Of a stretch of DNA of 64,000 bases, positions 22,144 to 45,658 are shown piece by piece; the stretch's first letter is position 1; each line of letters begins with the position of its first letter. Where the stretch lies: NCBI RefSeq assembly GCF_009914755.1, contig NC_060941.1; one strand, 5' to 3'. The notes beneath the pieces are model-generated. The model saw only the letters and a list, made by a program, of their open reading frames with translations. It was not told the origin of the DNA and did not search any database. Position numbers and translations under genes: made by a program. The stretch comes from the human T2T-CHM13v2.0 reference genome, Homo sapiens.

Positions 22144-22308
22144 TCAAAAATAAAATAAAATAAAATATAAAATAAAATGTTGAAACAGGCTGGGTGCGGT
22201 GGCTCACGCCTGTAATCCCAGCACTTTGGGAGGCCAAGACCGGAGGATCACCTGATGTCAGGGGTTCAAGACCAGCCTGGCCAATATGGTAAAACCCCAT
22301 CTCTACTA

Positions 22309-22635
<327 letters not shown>

Positions 22636-22830
22636 TTATTCACTTATTTCTTTAATATGTGTTACTATGTAATTGACTCTGGGTTATCTCCTAGATGAGG
22701 CTGGGAAAAGTTATCCTCTCTTCCAAAAACAACAAAAAGGAGAGAAATGGAGGTCTTGCTATGTTAACGAGGCTGGTCTTGTACTGCTGGCCTCAAGCAA
22801 TCCTCCCATCTTGGCCTCCCAAAGTGCTAG

Positions 22831-23205
<375 letters not shown>

Positions 23206-24268
23206 TGAGCCACCGTTCCTGGCCAGGCTTCATGTTTTATCAGAATTGCAACGAATATTTGAGTTACAAAACTAGGAGACATAAACTAAGTCGTTATTTC
23301 AAACATTATCCTCTAGAAACATTTAAAGGCCTCCAGGTAAAATGCCATTTTGTGAATTCAGAAAGTTCTAGGATGAATTAATTTACGCTCGTAATCTTAT
23401 TTCATAGAGCTGCATTTAGAGAAAACCAGAGTCTCAAGGAAAAGAACTGGCTCATGGCTGTATAATCTCAACACTTTGGGAGCCCGAGGCAGGAAGATCG
23501 CTTGAGCCCAGGAGTTTGAGACCAGCCTGGGCAACATGACGCAACCCCATCTCTACCAAAATTAAGAAAAAAAAAAATAGCCAGGTATGGTGGTGTGTGT
23601 CTGTAGTCCCCGCTACTTGGGAGGCTGAGGTGAGTGGATCACTTGAGCCTGACAGGTTGAGGCTGCAGTGAGGCTACAGTGAGCCATGACTGTGCCAGCA
23701 CACTCCAGTGAGGGTGACAGAGTGAGACCTTATCAAAAAAAAAAAAGAAAAGAAATTTCTTCCTTAAGGAAATACTGCTTATTTTTTTTGCCTTCAAGTC
23801 CTACGGATGTGTTAAGGCATTATACTTTATATTACCTAACAGAGATCTATGCTGGAGACATTTACAGGTTAAAGCAAAAATTCCTAATTCCTTTGTAGCT
23901 ACAACATCCTATGCAGTTTTAGGGAGGCAGTTTTAAGTTGAAAATTATGAAGAACTCCCAAAAATCAGTTGCCCCGTGATGCCTTAAGCCAGATGTGCCT
24001 ATCGTTGGAAACTTTCAAACGTACATCAGATAAAATATTCTCTCATATTAAGTGGAAAACTGGAAAAGAAAATCCCTTAGGTACTTTCCAGTACTAAATG
24101 TTCTATTAAGTTATTGAATTTTGAGATAGAATCAAAGTAAAATTAAACAGCTTGCCTTGCCAGGGCCAGGAATACCACTAAATGCTAAAGCATAAAACAG
24201 GACCCAGCAATTCATTTTCTTGCTGCTAATCTACTGATATTACTCCTAATAAACTTAAAAACTAATCA

Positions 24269-24478
<210 letters not shown>

Positions 24479-24641
24479 CTACTAAAAATACAAAAATTAG
24501 CCGAGCATGGTGGTGTGCGCCTATAATCCCAGCTAATCAGGAGGCTGAGGCAGGAGAATCACTTGAACCCAGGAGAAGGAGGTTGCAGTGAGCTGAGATC
24601 ACGTCACTGTACTCCAGCCTAGGCGACAGAGCAAGACTCCG

Positions 24642-24672
<31 letters not shown>

Positions 24673-26048
24673 GATAATTTTACAGGAACTTCATTAAGAG
24701 TATTATACTCTATTTCTATCAAAGGGGATAACCAAATATTCATAAATGAGGCCTTATATTTCTTGAGAAAGACTCCCCAAAACTGAGTCTGTTTTTTTAA
24801 ACTTCATGAGTTCATTCGGAATTTTCCAACTTTGCTGGGCATGGTGGCTCATACTTGTAATCCCAAAACTCTGGGAGGCCAAGGCAGGAGGATTGCTTGA
24901 GCCTAGGAGTTCGAAACCAGCCTGAGCATTACACTGAGACCTCATCTCTACAGAAAATTAAAAAATTAGCTAGGCATGGTGACATGTGCCTGCGATCCCA
25001 GCTACTCAGGAGGCTGAAGTGGGAGGATCGCTTGACTCCAGGAGGTCAAGGTTGTAGTGAGCCATGTTTGCACCACTGCACTCCAGCCGGGATGACAGAG
25101 AGAGACCCTGTCTCAAAATAAAGAAAATAATTTATACAATTTTATTCTATCTGAAATAACCACTCCATAAATAGTACTGCCATGCAATTTCCAGTCCTGA
25201 TGTCATGGAATGGTAAACATTATTGTGGTTCCTTATATAAAACAGCATGAGTATGGCATGCTAAAAGGATGGAATGAGTCTAAGTCTCAACATCATCGAA
25301 AGGCAAGACCAACTGGGGCCACCAACCTTTAGGCAGGGCACTGAATAGCCCTTGCTGAAGCCACTTTTCACTTGCCTCCTTAAACATCCTAAGACTAGAC
25401 AGCCCAATGGTAACTTGAAAAAGTAACAAATTAGTAAGAGAACTGCATCATTAGAGAACACTTAAATGAGATTGGCCAGCTAAACTCATAAGAATTAATG
25501 CCATATCAATCAGATTTATACAGTGTAAGTGCAACATCCTTATGACACTATTTGTCATAGTTTCTTACCTGTTTAATATCACCTTCAAATAGTCCATTAG
25601 ATTCAAGCGAATACAGTACTCATTACAGTTTTTTAAAATTAAAGAAACAGGCTGAGTGCAATGGCTCACACCTATAATCCCAACACTTTGGGAGGCTGAA
25701 GTCGGAGGATCACTTGAAGCCAGGGGTTCGAGACCAGTCTAGGCAGTAAAGCGAGACCCCCACTCCACCCCACAAAAAAAATTTAAAATTAGCTGGGCGC
25801 AGTGGTGTACACCTGCAGTCCCAGCTACTCCAGAAGGTAAGGTGGAGGACTGCTTGAGCCCAGGTTGAGGCTGCAATGAGCAATGATCACGTCACTGCAC
25901 TCCATCCGGCCTGGGTGACACAGCGAGAGAATCTCTAAAAAAATAATAAATCAAAAACACTTAAAAATAAAGGCCAGGCACAGTGGCTCATGCCTGTAAT
26001 CCCAGCACTTTGGGAGGCCAAGGCAGGCAGATTACCTGACGTCAGTTA

Positions 26049-26863
<815 letters not shown>

Positions 26864-27331
26864 TCAAATAAATAAATAAATAAATAAAATGGAGGCCAGA
26901 TGCGGTGGCTCACGCCTGTAATCCCAACACTTTGGGAAGATGAGGAGGGCGGACCACCTGAGGTCAGGAGTTTATGACCAGCCTGGCCGACATGACGAAA
27001 CCCCATCTCTACTAAAAATACAAAAAATTAGCCGGGCATGGTGGCGCACACCTTGTAGTCTCAGCTACTCAGGGGGGTGAGGCAGGATTGCTAGAACCTG
27101 AGAGGTGGAGGTTGCAGTGAGCCGAGATCGTGCCACTGCACTCCAGCCTGGGCAAAAGAGCGAGACTCCGACTCCAAAAAATAATAAAATAAAATTAAAT
27201 TGAAACAAGCAAAAAACCAGTTAATAATCTGTTAATAATCTGTTAAAGTAGAAGATTAATGGTAATTATCTCAATAGTTAATAGGAATTTTTTAGCCAAT
27301 GAGTCTCTACTGTTTATTCGCTTTTTTGTAA

Positions 27332-27590
<259 letters not shown>

Positions 27591-28207
27591 TAGCCAGGAT
27601 GGTGTCGATCTCCAGACCTTGTGATTCGCCAGCCTCGACCTCTCAAAGTGCTAGGATTACAGGAGTGAGCCACCGCGCCCGGCAGCTTCTATAATTGTTA
27701 ATCTTTAAGAACATGTTAGATAATGAGATAACTTTTTTTTCTGAATTACAAAAGGATTCTCTTCTCCTCCCACAATTGAAAATACTAATTTCTAATGCAT
27801 TATTCCACAGTTTGTATTTTAATTTACTTCTTTCCTCAACTAAGACTATTAGGATATTAGCCATCCAATTAAAGGAAAAAAAGATTTTAAAGAAAGAAAA
27901 ACACTAGCCCTAAACCTGTTAAACCAGTCCACGTGACAGGTATAAAAATTTTCCTAGTCATTGACTGCAAAGGAAATAATGTTACATAGTGATCTACACC
28001 TGAACCTGTTCACAGCACTTTAGAGAGGTCAACATCAGATGAGAGAGCGTTCTCTGAGGCTGGCTTTCACAATACCAGGTCTTCAGCATTACCTAGTTTT
28101 TGAACTATAAATTCACTAAGATAAATGCCACCATTTCCCAAGACTTCCTTTTTAAAAAGCAATTTAATCTTATGCTTGATGTATTTCTATTATGCACTGG
28201 TAAATCA

Positions 28208-28565
<358 letters not shown>

Positions 28566-29599
28566 TTAATACTTTACCTTTGGCATCTTTCATATGCCCA
28601 CTTTAAAATGTTTAATATTCTTGGGTTCACATCAGTCCTCCTGTTATGCATTCAGTTTTACTGAGAAATGAAGAAACTGAGGCAAGAGAAGTGGGAAAAA
28701 ACTTGCTATTTGTAGCAAGCAGGCATCTATCTGGACAGGTAAACTGTGGTCCTGCTCTATTAGGCCACAATGCTTTTCTGAAAAGTGCCTGTCAAATAAG
28801 CACCACAGAAATCCTTCTCATCACAGACATCCAGGGCATCCCCCTCAAGAAGGGACAAATATGAGTATTCTTCCCTGCTGAGTGAGAAAAGACCATGTAA
28901 CCAAAGAAAGCATGCTTCTCAATCTATACTACCGAATTGGGAGGGAAAAAATGAATGGAAAGAGAGAGAAAATCCAAGGAAATAAACTTCTGAGACTGAA
29001 GATGTGGTTATTAGGTTTATCCACACATTAGGAAATTACTGAAACATCGCTTAAGTAGAAACAGAATCAGGAAGGCCTAGGGTCTTTTTTTTTATTCCAG
29101 TCTTAAACCTCCAAACAAAAATATCTGAAATTAAACTATTTCTCCTGAGCAGTTATATTCTTAAATGTCTCTATAGAACCCACAAGGCCTACACGAAGTC
29201 CCTGATTTTTAGAGGTGATTTCAAGTGTCCATTAGTGTCCACTCTCCCACTCTCAAATCCAAAATAATGTTGGCCCCGATCCGGGCAGGACCTTCACGCA
29301 CATTTTCCTGTGAAATCATTAGCTTCACATCAGCTTCCTACGTCCTATTTCCAGTAACTTCCCTTGATCAGCATGGCAAACGAGGAGAGTAACAAAAGGC
29401 ATGTACATTTACTATGTCCCTCGCAGAGAACATAATAAAATCCTGGGAACAGGAACTGGCAGATACAACCTGCCTGGCCCTGGCTCTCGCCACGATACAA
29501 AGGCACGGAGAGAGCAAGTGAGGTCTGCACCCCACACCTCACTCTGCAAGAGAGAAAGGACTTTCAATGCAATCAGACCCAACCCGCAACGCCCCCTTC

Positions 29600-30700
29600 C
29601 CACGTGGTCTTCTCCCTCTCCCGAGCCCAGAATCGGATTGGAGAGGGGTCTGGAAGGAATCAGACCACGCTGGAGCTGGGCAAGAGGGGTGGCGGGCGAG
29701 CTCCAGGCAGAAACTCCAGCCCCCCTTCCTAGAGGAGCCCTGAACTGTACGCCTCCCAGTTCCGGGATCTGAATCCCCACCTCCCGAGACCCCAGACCTC
29801 TCCATGTCTCTAGGGAGGGGACCTCAAGGCCTCAGAGCTGCGGGAAGGGCTGGGCTGCCCCGCACCCGATCTGGATAGTGTGGAGCCCAGGCCGCGTGCG
29901 GGTGAGCGGAGGCTGGGAGGCGGCCCCCTGCCTGCCGCCGCCCCTCCCTTGGCCCCAGTTTCTCCAGGTCCCCGGTCACAGGTTCTGGGCCGGCCCTCAC
30001 CTCACCTCAGGGTGGCAACGTGTGCGGTCGGGCGATTCCGGAGCCCCTGCGTGGAGGAACTGCTGGGCGGGAGGAGACGCCGGCGGCTCGGGCGATGGCT
30101 GACAGGCGTGCAGCACCAGGCCGGCCCGGCACACGGAGAAGGGGCGGGGCTTCAGGGGCCTGACCCGCCCCCGCCCCGCCCCTGTCTCCCACCTCAGCCG
30201 GCGAGCTCCATGAGGTGACTACGTCCGGGGTTACTCCAGGCCGTTCACCTCCGACCCCGCTCCGGGCTGCGGCGCTGCCAGGGCCGCCGGGGGGCGAGGC
30301 GCGGGCCCGAGGGCTCAGCGGCAGCCAATGGGAGGGCGGCGCGGGGCGGAGCGATGTGAGGCGATGCCGATGGTCCGAGCGCGGATCTGCCATTCGGGGC
30401 CCAGCGGCTAGAGGGCGGGCGGGCCGCGGGCGGGCCGCGGGCGGGCCCTGGGCAGTCGTGGCGCCCCTGGCCCGGCCTTCGCGGCCCCTTCTGCCACAGC
30501 CGGGTACGGGGCCAACCCCTCGGCTCCTCCTCCTGGCGGAGAGGGGAGTGGGGGAAGCGGTCCCGCATGCGCCTCGCATCAGGGACAGAGGCGTCCCAAG
30601 TGAGGGGCCAGGACTAGCCGGCCTGTAGAGGCGGGGAAAGGGAACCCAGAATTAAGGCGGGCTAGAATGGGGCAGGCGGTGTGCGGGCCCGTTTGTCTGT
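29600..30700. promoter_or_regulatory. ACACA: CpG island / TATA-less ACACA promoter PII
   Basis: Dense CpG, several GGGCGG boxes (30141-30182, 30334-30350), CCAAT 30325-30329, SRE-like and DR4-like motifs. Confidence 0.9.
30006..30105 (-). other. ACACA: ACACA non-coding first exon of the CpG-island promoter (PII); 5' end approximate
   Basis: GC-rich, ATG-free segment ending CCCTGAG|GTGAGG, just downstream of GC boxes on the minus strand. Confidence 0.75.
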
Positions 30701-31515
30701 TTAATCCTAACACATTAACAAGGGGTGGGCAATCGCGTCCACTACCTGTCCTCATCACGCTGGCTGGTTTCCAAGTCTGGGCGAGCTAAGTAACCCCATG
30801 CTGGAACTCCATAACCAGCCCCCCGTTTCGCTCCTCAGCCCCGAGACAGCCCACTCCAAAGGTGTTATACATGCTGGATCCTGGCGTGTTGAGGAGAAGC
30901 CTCAGTAAACGAAGCTCAGTAAGAAGGGGAATGTACCAAAGAACCACCGTCTTCTGCCTGCCCTGAGCAAAATAGTTGCCACAGCGTTCCAGACTTTTCG
31001 GATTGGAGAATGCTTCCCGTCCTCCACTGTGGGCACGCCGAGCCTTTGAGAGGAAGCCAGTCGGTGTCTCTAGTTTTGCCAGTTACTTCATAGCAAGACT
31101 TTCATGGTAGCTGTGTGTTGAAAATTAATAATAACTGGAAGGGGTCCCAACACAATACAAACATTGCGTAGGGAAGAAACTTGGAGAAAATTGCACTTGA
31201 GAAGAACAGGGTGAACTCAGCCCTTCCAAGGAGGAATTTAATGAAGCATGCAGCGCACCTTCTTAATGCTTACAAACTTGTGAGGAAGGCCAGGAGAGGT
31301 GCAGAGGATGACAGTTTGGTAGGAAGAAGTTCCACGCCAGAGAGTAAAAAGTGAATAGGATAGAAATACATGCCCAGGTAAGAAGTTCTTGGCGGAAGCT
31401 GAGGCAGAAAGAGGGAAAGATTGGTCAACAAGGAACAATATTTATCTAGGAGCCCTCATAATCCCACTAAGTGGGGCTTCCCTAAGAATTTATCAACCCA
31501 TTTTTAAAATAATAG

Positions 31516-31705
31516 GGTCAAGCACAGTGGCACGTACCTGGACTGTAGTCCCACCTACTCAGAAGGCTGAGGTGGGTGGATGGCTTGAGGCGAGGAGTTC
31601 AAGTCTATATGTAGTGTACTGTGCCTGCGCCTGTGAATAGCCACTGCACCCCAGCACTGGCAACGTAAAAAGACCCCATCTCTAAATAAATAAGTTAATT
31701 AAATA
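31516..31705 (+). mobile_element. FAM (fossil Alu monomer)
   Basis: Monomer carrying GCGCCTGTGAATAGCCACTGCAC. Confidence 0.7.
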
Positions 31706-32010
31706 ACAGGGATTGGAAGCAGAGAACTTAGGAAAGATGTGGACTTTACAGAACAGGGATTCATATTTCACAATAATTATATCACTAATATATCAATCAG
31801 TTGGACAAATGTAGTGGGAGGAAAAAGATAATTGGGCAAGACTTCCTGGTTTAGTAAGATGTTTGATTTGACTCACCGAAAAAAATGGCCTGGGAAGAGG
31901 GAAGCCTTGCCTTTCCATAACAGCAGTCTCTGAAGCTGACATGAAGGGAGTGACTTCAAAAGAACTAAAAACCATGCGGTTGCCTCTTACTTTTCTTTTA
32001 CCTTTCCTAG

Positions 32011-32294
<284 letters not shown>

Positions 32295-32904
32295 TAGCCT
32301 CCCAAAGTGCTGGCCGCAAATGTGAGCCACCACGCCAAGTCTCCCCAGGATTCTTAATGGTGTTGCTGTTTACCAGCTTTACAAGCTCTGCAAAACCAGG
32401 GATTTACCCTCAAAAACTGTCCTTATGTGAAATTTCAGCCAGCCCCTGCATGTCCTGCTTTTGACTTCACTGATTATTTTAAATAATTGAGCTTTCTAAA
32501 GAACTGGCCAAAGAAAGTCCTAATAGAAGCTACAGTGAAAAAAAAAGTAATTAAGGAAGGATGAGTTACGATACCAAGGTCACTTACAGAGGATCTAATA
32601 ATCTAATTGTTATCACCAAATGCTAAGACAGCTGGGCAGAGAATGAGCAAAGAGCTGTGTCTTTAAGACAGTACAACTGGAATTTCAGCAACCCCTGAGT
32701 GTTACGGTGTTTGGTGCATGCCACAACCTGCCCATCCCTACTGTAGGTTCTTTAGAGCTGCTCCATGAGTTATTGCTACACAAGCTATTACGTCTGTAAG
32801 AGGCGGAGGAGGAGAACCAAAGGGTGGAGAGAACTTACTATATGAGACTAACAAATGGAAGAGAAGGATGAGTGGTACATTTCTAGAAGCTGATACTAGA
32901 GGTC

Positions 32905-33272
32905 TGTTATGGGCTGAATTGTATCCCAAAATTCATTTGTTGAAGTCCTAACCCCTAATACCTCAGAATGTGAGTATATTTGGAGACAAAGTCTTTATAG
33001 AGGTAATTAAATTAAAATGAGGTCATAAGGGTGGGCCCTAATCCAGTATGACTGTCGTCCTTATAAGACGAGGCGACGAGGACACAGACACACATATGAA
33101 GACATAGGGCATGCATGGCCATGTACAAACCAAGGAGAAAATATCAGAAAAAAACTAACTGCTGACACCTTAATCTTGGACTTCTAGCCTTCAGAACTGA
33201 GGAAATGCATTTCTGTTGTTTAAGCCACCAGTTTGTGGTACTTTGCTATAACAGCCCTAGAAAACGAATACA
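32905..33272 (+). mobile_element. MLT1 (MLT1A/B-like) solo LTR
   Basis: TGTTATGGGCTGAATTG start; ...TTTAAGCCACC...AATACA end. Confidence 0.82.
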
Positions 33273-33794
33273 AAATCCCAAATATATGACTTCCAGGGTT
33301 TTCAAGGTGATGTAAAGGTATTAGGGACTCATCCTGAGCATCCCAGCTACCTTCCAACCTTAAAGTTGCTTTCTTATCTTCCTGTGGGTAAAGTCAGAAA
33401 AGTATGAGAGGTCCCTGTCTTCAAGGTGATTATAGTCTATTTAAGAAGACAAAACTAGCACATTAAAACAGAGTGTCTGTGTCACACTCTTTAGATGATA
33501 GCCATATGAATTTGTAATAGCCATAGATGAGAAAAGATAAATTCTCAAAAATTGATAAACCCAGATATATATAAACATTATATGCGCCACTGTCCAGACA
33601 GCTTCATTTGGCATTTTTCGGTCAAATATTTAGATTAGGGCATCGTTTCTCAAAGCATGTCCCACTAACCACCTGATGAAACAAACACTAGGGTGCGCCA
33701 GGCGCGGTGGCTCACGCCTGTAATCCCAGCACTTTGGGAGGCCGAGGCGAGGCGGGTGGATCACGAGGTCAGGATATCGAGACCATCCTGGCTA

Positions 33795-34424
<630 letters not shown>

Positions 34425-34670
34425 TGATCCACCCGCCTTGGCCTCCCAAAGTGCTGGGATTACAGGCGTGAGCCACTGGACCTGGCCGACTTTTTCTTTT
34501 TTTAAAGCATCCCTAATAATTAATCACCCTAAAGTTTGAGAACAGTCGTTTAAGATTTATCATTATTGTTCCCCTCTTTGTGTGCCAGAGTCTCTGTTGA
34601 ACAACAAGGCCTTCAATACCTGTCACTCTTAGGACAAGAAAGTCTCTCAAGTCAGGTTTGAGTTGAATCA

Positions 34671-34907
<237 letters not shown>

Positions 34908-35128
34908 TCACCTGAGATCAGGAGTTCAAGACTAGCCTGGCCAATATGGTGAAACCCTGTCTGTACTAAAAATACAAAAAATTAGCTGGGCATGGTGGCA
35001 GGCGCCTGTAATCCCAGCTACTCAGGAGGTGAGGCAGGAGAATTGTTTGAACCCAGGAGGCAGAGGTTGCAGTGAGCCGAGATCGTGCCACTGCACTCTA
35101 GCCTGGGTGACAGAGTGAGACTCTGTCA

Positions 35129-35702
<574 letters not shown>

Positions 35703-36108
35703 TCAATTTTTAGGACAGAGAATAGAGGAATTATTGGGATATTATTTCCTGCTGACCACCAATAGTCATACTTTAATCTGGCTTCTGGCACTTGCCATGC
35801 TTATTCTTATCCTTATACCTTTGTTTATGGTGGCAGACTTGTCCAACTTTTCTCCTGTTTTTCTGAATCTTTCTAGTCCTTGGAAGTCCCATTTTCTCCA
35901 AGATTTCTCTTACTTCTCCAGCTTTCACTGATCTCTCTCTCCTTTGAATTCTTGTAGCAATATGGTCATACCACACAGTTCAGAATTTTTTTTCTGAGAC
36001 AGAGTCTCGCTCTGTCTCCCAGGCTGTAGTTCAGTAGCGTGCTGTCAGATCACTGCAACCTCCGCCTCCCGGGTTCAAGTGATTCTCCTGCCTCAGCCTC
36101 CCGAGTAG

Positions 36109-36354
<246 letters not shown>

Positions 36355-37425
36355 TAGTTTGCTACCCCCTTTTATAGCTCTTCAAGTAGGACTAGGTATT
36401 TCTATTAGTAAGCGCTTCATTGACTGAAATAAAGATTAGCTCTGTACCTGAGAGGCCACTCTGCTCCTGATGCCTGCTTATCCGTCTTCACGTTGTCTCT
36501 GAGAGGCAAAGCCTCCAGTGGGATATATAGCTGCTTTACAGATGGACAGAATTCATCAAGAAAGTCAGTGCCTTGCCCACAACTGTGGCTCCAGTTGTGA
36601 TATAAAAGAAAAATAAGACACAAAGTCCTTATCTGAATACTATGTCTCTTTGCTCTTGTTAATCACTCCAGTTTATCCAGAATTAAGAGCCTGAAGGAAC
36701 TTCATACCATAAGGTCAGAAAATCTCCTCAGGAAGGCCACTTCATAAGTCTGGTCCTAATGATGAAAGGTAGAATTGCACAATGAAGGACAGCATGAGTA
36801 GTAGAGACTCCCCACGATGTTTTCACATGGACACAGGGTTTTCACATGGCATTTCTGCTCTCACTCCTTCCTTATCCAATGGCAAACACTTCCAGTCTCT
36901 ATACTTCAGCCAGTTACCAAATCTTAACTTCTTCCTCCATGACACCTCCAATATATATGTTTTTAAGATCCCTTTCTAAGTCCTACACACCTCACAACTA
37001 AAATACCTGGAGAAATTTTAAAGGGCTCTTTAAAAACAGGAAAATGGACAAGATGACTTGTTTGGATTTTGCCCAGTCGTAGGATTCTGACATTTTATGT
37101 TGATCAGCTTTATAGCCTAGCCATCCCTGACTTCACTTTCCTCTAAAGCCATGACGGTGCTCCTGGTAAGTTGATTTCCTGCCCCATCCCTACCTTCTCT
37201 TTAGACTTCCCTAGTGTCTCCATCATTCCTATATCAGGTTCAGGTTTTTCCTGCTACATATTTAGGCCTCTACCTGTCTTCTACCTTCACTCTCTATTGT
37301 TGTTATTATATATGAAACACAATACATAATAAAATATAACATTAATAATTTTGTAGAGCCTTTATCGTCAAGAAAAATTGAGCCATCATTCAATTTCTTT
37401 TTATCCTTTTAATACCTTGTCTTAA

Positions 37426-37708
<283 letters not shown>

Positions 37709-37873
37709 TGATCCACCCGCCTTAGCCTCCCAAAGTGCTGGGATTACACACGTGAGCCACTGCACCTGGCCACAATGTCACGTCTTTTTAAAAAAAAAAT
37801 CTCACCTCTGGGCCAGGTGTGGTGGCTCATGCCTGTAATCCCAGCACTTTGGGAGGCCAAGGCAATAGGGTTA

Positions 37874-38137
<264 letters not shown>

Positions 38138-38439
38138 CTAGACCTGCAGGTAGAAAGTTATTTTCCAACACAAGTCTTGTTTATCAGTGGACCTATTGTG
38201 CTGATGTGCCCAATTTTCTTATTGGAAAAAGAAAAAAAAAAAAAGAAGAAAGAATAAAGACAACAAAAAATCCATGAAAAGGAAATGTAGCTTCAATCAA
38301 TGAACAAGATGGTCATAATCAGTTGAATAACATAGTTTTGGGGGTGAATACAGGCAAGCAAAACTGAGAAGAACCGATTCTTGGTATTGGCAGTGTCAGT
38401 CTCAAGAGCGGCAGCAACTCTACCTTCTCTGTGCTCTGT

Positions 38440-38690
38440 ATTATAAACAGCTTGAGCTCTTTAATCAGGCTATGCTTTAAATCCTGACTCTGTCGCTAAT
38501 TAGCTCTGTGGCCTTGAGGAACTGACACCTTTCTGAGCCTCAGTTTCCTTATCTATATTATATATATCTATCTTATATTCAGGATATAAAGCCTACCTTC
38601 TAAGGTGGTGTTTTGGATTAAATGATGTAACCAACATGTTAAGCTTCTGGCACAGAGCTTGTTAGATAGTAGGCACACAGAAAATATTAC
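38440..38690. mobile_element. MIR
   Basis: MIR core TTTCTGAGCCTCAGTTTCCTTATCT. Similar MIRs near 11800, 43480, 55450, 59860 and 62290. Confidence 0.7.
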
Positions 38691-38774
38691 TTTCCCCTTT
38701 CTCTCCATGTTCCTTTCCTTTCATTTCCTATTAGTAATCGATACAGAACAGAATGCTTTATGGATCCTCAATTA

Positions 38775-39665
<891 letters not shown>

Positions 39666-39879
39666 TCAGGGACCTTGGGATATTATGAATCCTTTACCCT
39701 TACTTGGAAGGAGCAAATGACTGTGGCCTGAGCTTCTGAGTACCAACCAAAGGGCTGGCACGTGTGAGTATGCCTGGCCCCACTCAGGCTTATTATTGCA
39801 TCACACAGGAAAGATTCTTTGGCCCCTTTGGCAAGCATGTGTAATAGTAGGAACCTGCATATATTACAAGTAGGAGTGT

Positions 39880-43017
<3,138 letters not shown>

Positions 43018-43230
43018 TCAAGACCAGCTTCGGCAACATACTGAGACCCTGCCTCCATTATTAAATTTTTTAAATTTAAAAACAAACCAAAACAAATGAA
43101 CAAAATGGCATGCAGCCTTTAAAAAGCAGTAGCATAAGCCAGACGCAGTAGTTCACGCCTGTAATCCCAGCACTTTGGGAGGCCAAGGCAGGTGGATCAC
43201 GAGGTCAGGAGATCAAGACCATCCTGGCTA

Positions 43231-43498
<268 letters not shown>

Positions 43499-43827
43499 CT
43501 AACCACCTCATTACAGAAACCGAAATAGAGGCCAAGAGAAGACAAGTGACCTGTTCAAATTGATTTAGTCAATTAAAGAGCCTAGGGTAGGCCTCCTGGC
43601 TTCCTGTCAAGTGCTCCTTCTGCAGACCCATCCTGATTCATCCATTTGGTCCTAGTTCCTACTCTCTTCCAACGCCATATCTCTGAACTGCATATGTCAT
43701 AAAACTCATAACTTTTTTCCTGCTAAATTTGATGTTTTTGTTGTGGGAAAAGGAGATCAGAAGAGATATACTCTGCTCCACTGATATTCCAAATGCTTAG
43801 AAAGTCAGTCAAAATATCTAGGAGTAG

Positions 43828-44120
<293 letters not shown>

Positions 44121-45225
44121 TGATCCACCTGACTCAGCCTCCCAAAGTGCTGGGATTATGGGCGTGAGCCACGGTGCCCGGCCTACTCCTGGATATTTTG
44201 ACTGCAGCTCTTCCACCGCTCTGCCCCCGACAGTATGGCCTACTCCAATATGCAGGCTGACTTTTTTTTTTAAATGGAGTCTTGCTCTGTCGCTTAGGAT
44301 GGAGAGCAGTGGTGTGCTGTTGGCTCACCACAACCTCTGCTTCCTGAGTTCAAATGATTCTCCTGTCTCAGCCTCCCAAGTAGCTGGGATTAGAGACATG
44401 CGCTACCACTCCTGGCTAATTTTGTATTTTTAGTAGAGACAGGGTTTAACCTTGTTAGTCAAGCTGGTCTTGAACTCCTGACCTCAAGTGTCCACCCGCC
44501 TTGGCCTCCCAACGTGCTGGGATTACAGGTGTGAACTACCGTGCCTGGCCCAGGCTGACTTTAGAGTCTTTAAGTTACAAAAGAAAAGGGTAGGGTCTGC
44601 GAGGTGATCAAAGAAAACTCTTAGACTTCATCTTTCGCCAAGCACAAGGTCTCTTTTGGGAAAAGTGAGCTCTTTTGCCACCTTGTGACACTGGATGAGA
44701 ACAGCAAGCCCTCAGATCAATTCCTACTCCTGCTCCAAGGTGGCAGCATTGTACCGTGGCATCTAGGAACTAATGTACAGAGAGTTTCAAATAGAGCAAC
44801 AGGAGGGAAGGTGATAATACCTCAGGGGAGCAGAGAATCATGTCATCATGTTAAGGAAATAGTAAGCAAAAATCACAAAACCCAAGGAAGGCAATGGAGC
44901 CCCTCTGCCCTAACCACCTCCTCTGCTAAGAGAAGCAGGCAGCCAGAGGCAAGAGGGTGGGGAGGATGAATAAAGATTTCCTTGGACCAATAAAGATGTG
45001 AGGCATTTATGTTCCCTCTAGTCAGTGGCCTCATTTCTCTGCTTTCTTTCTCATAGCAAAACTTTTTTAAAAAGTTTTCTAGTCTGGGTGCAGTGGCTCA
45101 CACCTGTAACCCCAGCAATTTGGGAGGCCAAGGTGGGCAGATTACTGGAGCTCAGGAGTTTGAGACCAACCTGGGCAACACAGTGAGACTGTGTCTCTAC
45201 AAAACATAGCCCATCTCCAAAATAA

Positions 45226-45658
<433 letters not shown>

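Noticed and set aside
25560-25650. Strong minus-strand donor CAG|GTAAGA near 25569
   Set aside because: No convincing partner acceptor; an isolated consensus match is expected by chance.
29401-30628. Long G/P/A/R-rich ORFs on both strands
   Set aside because: Expected from stop-codon depletion in a CpG island; no recognisable protein.
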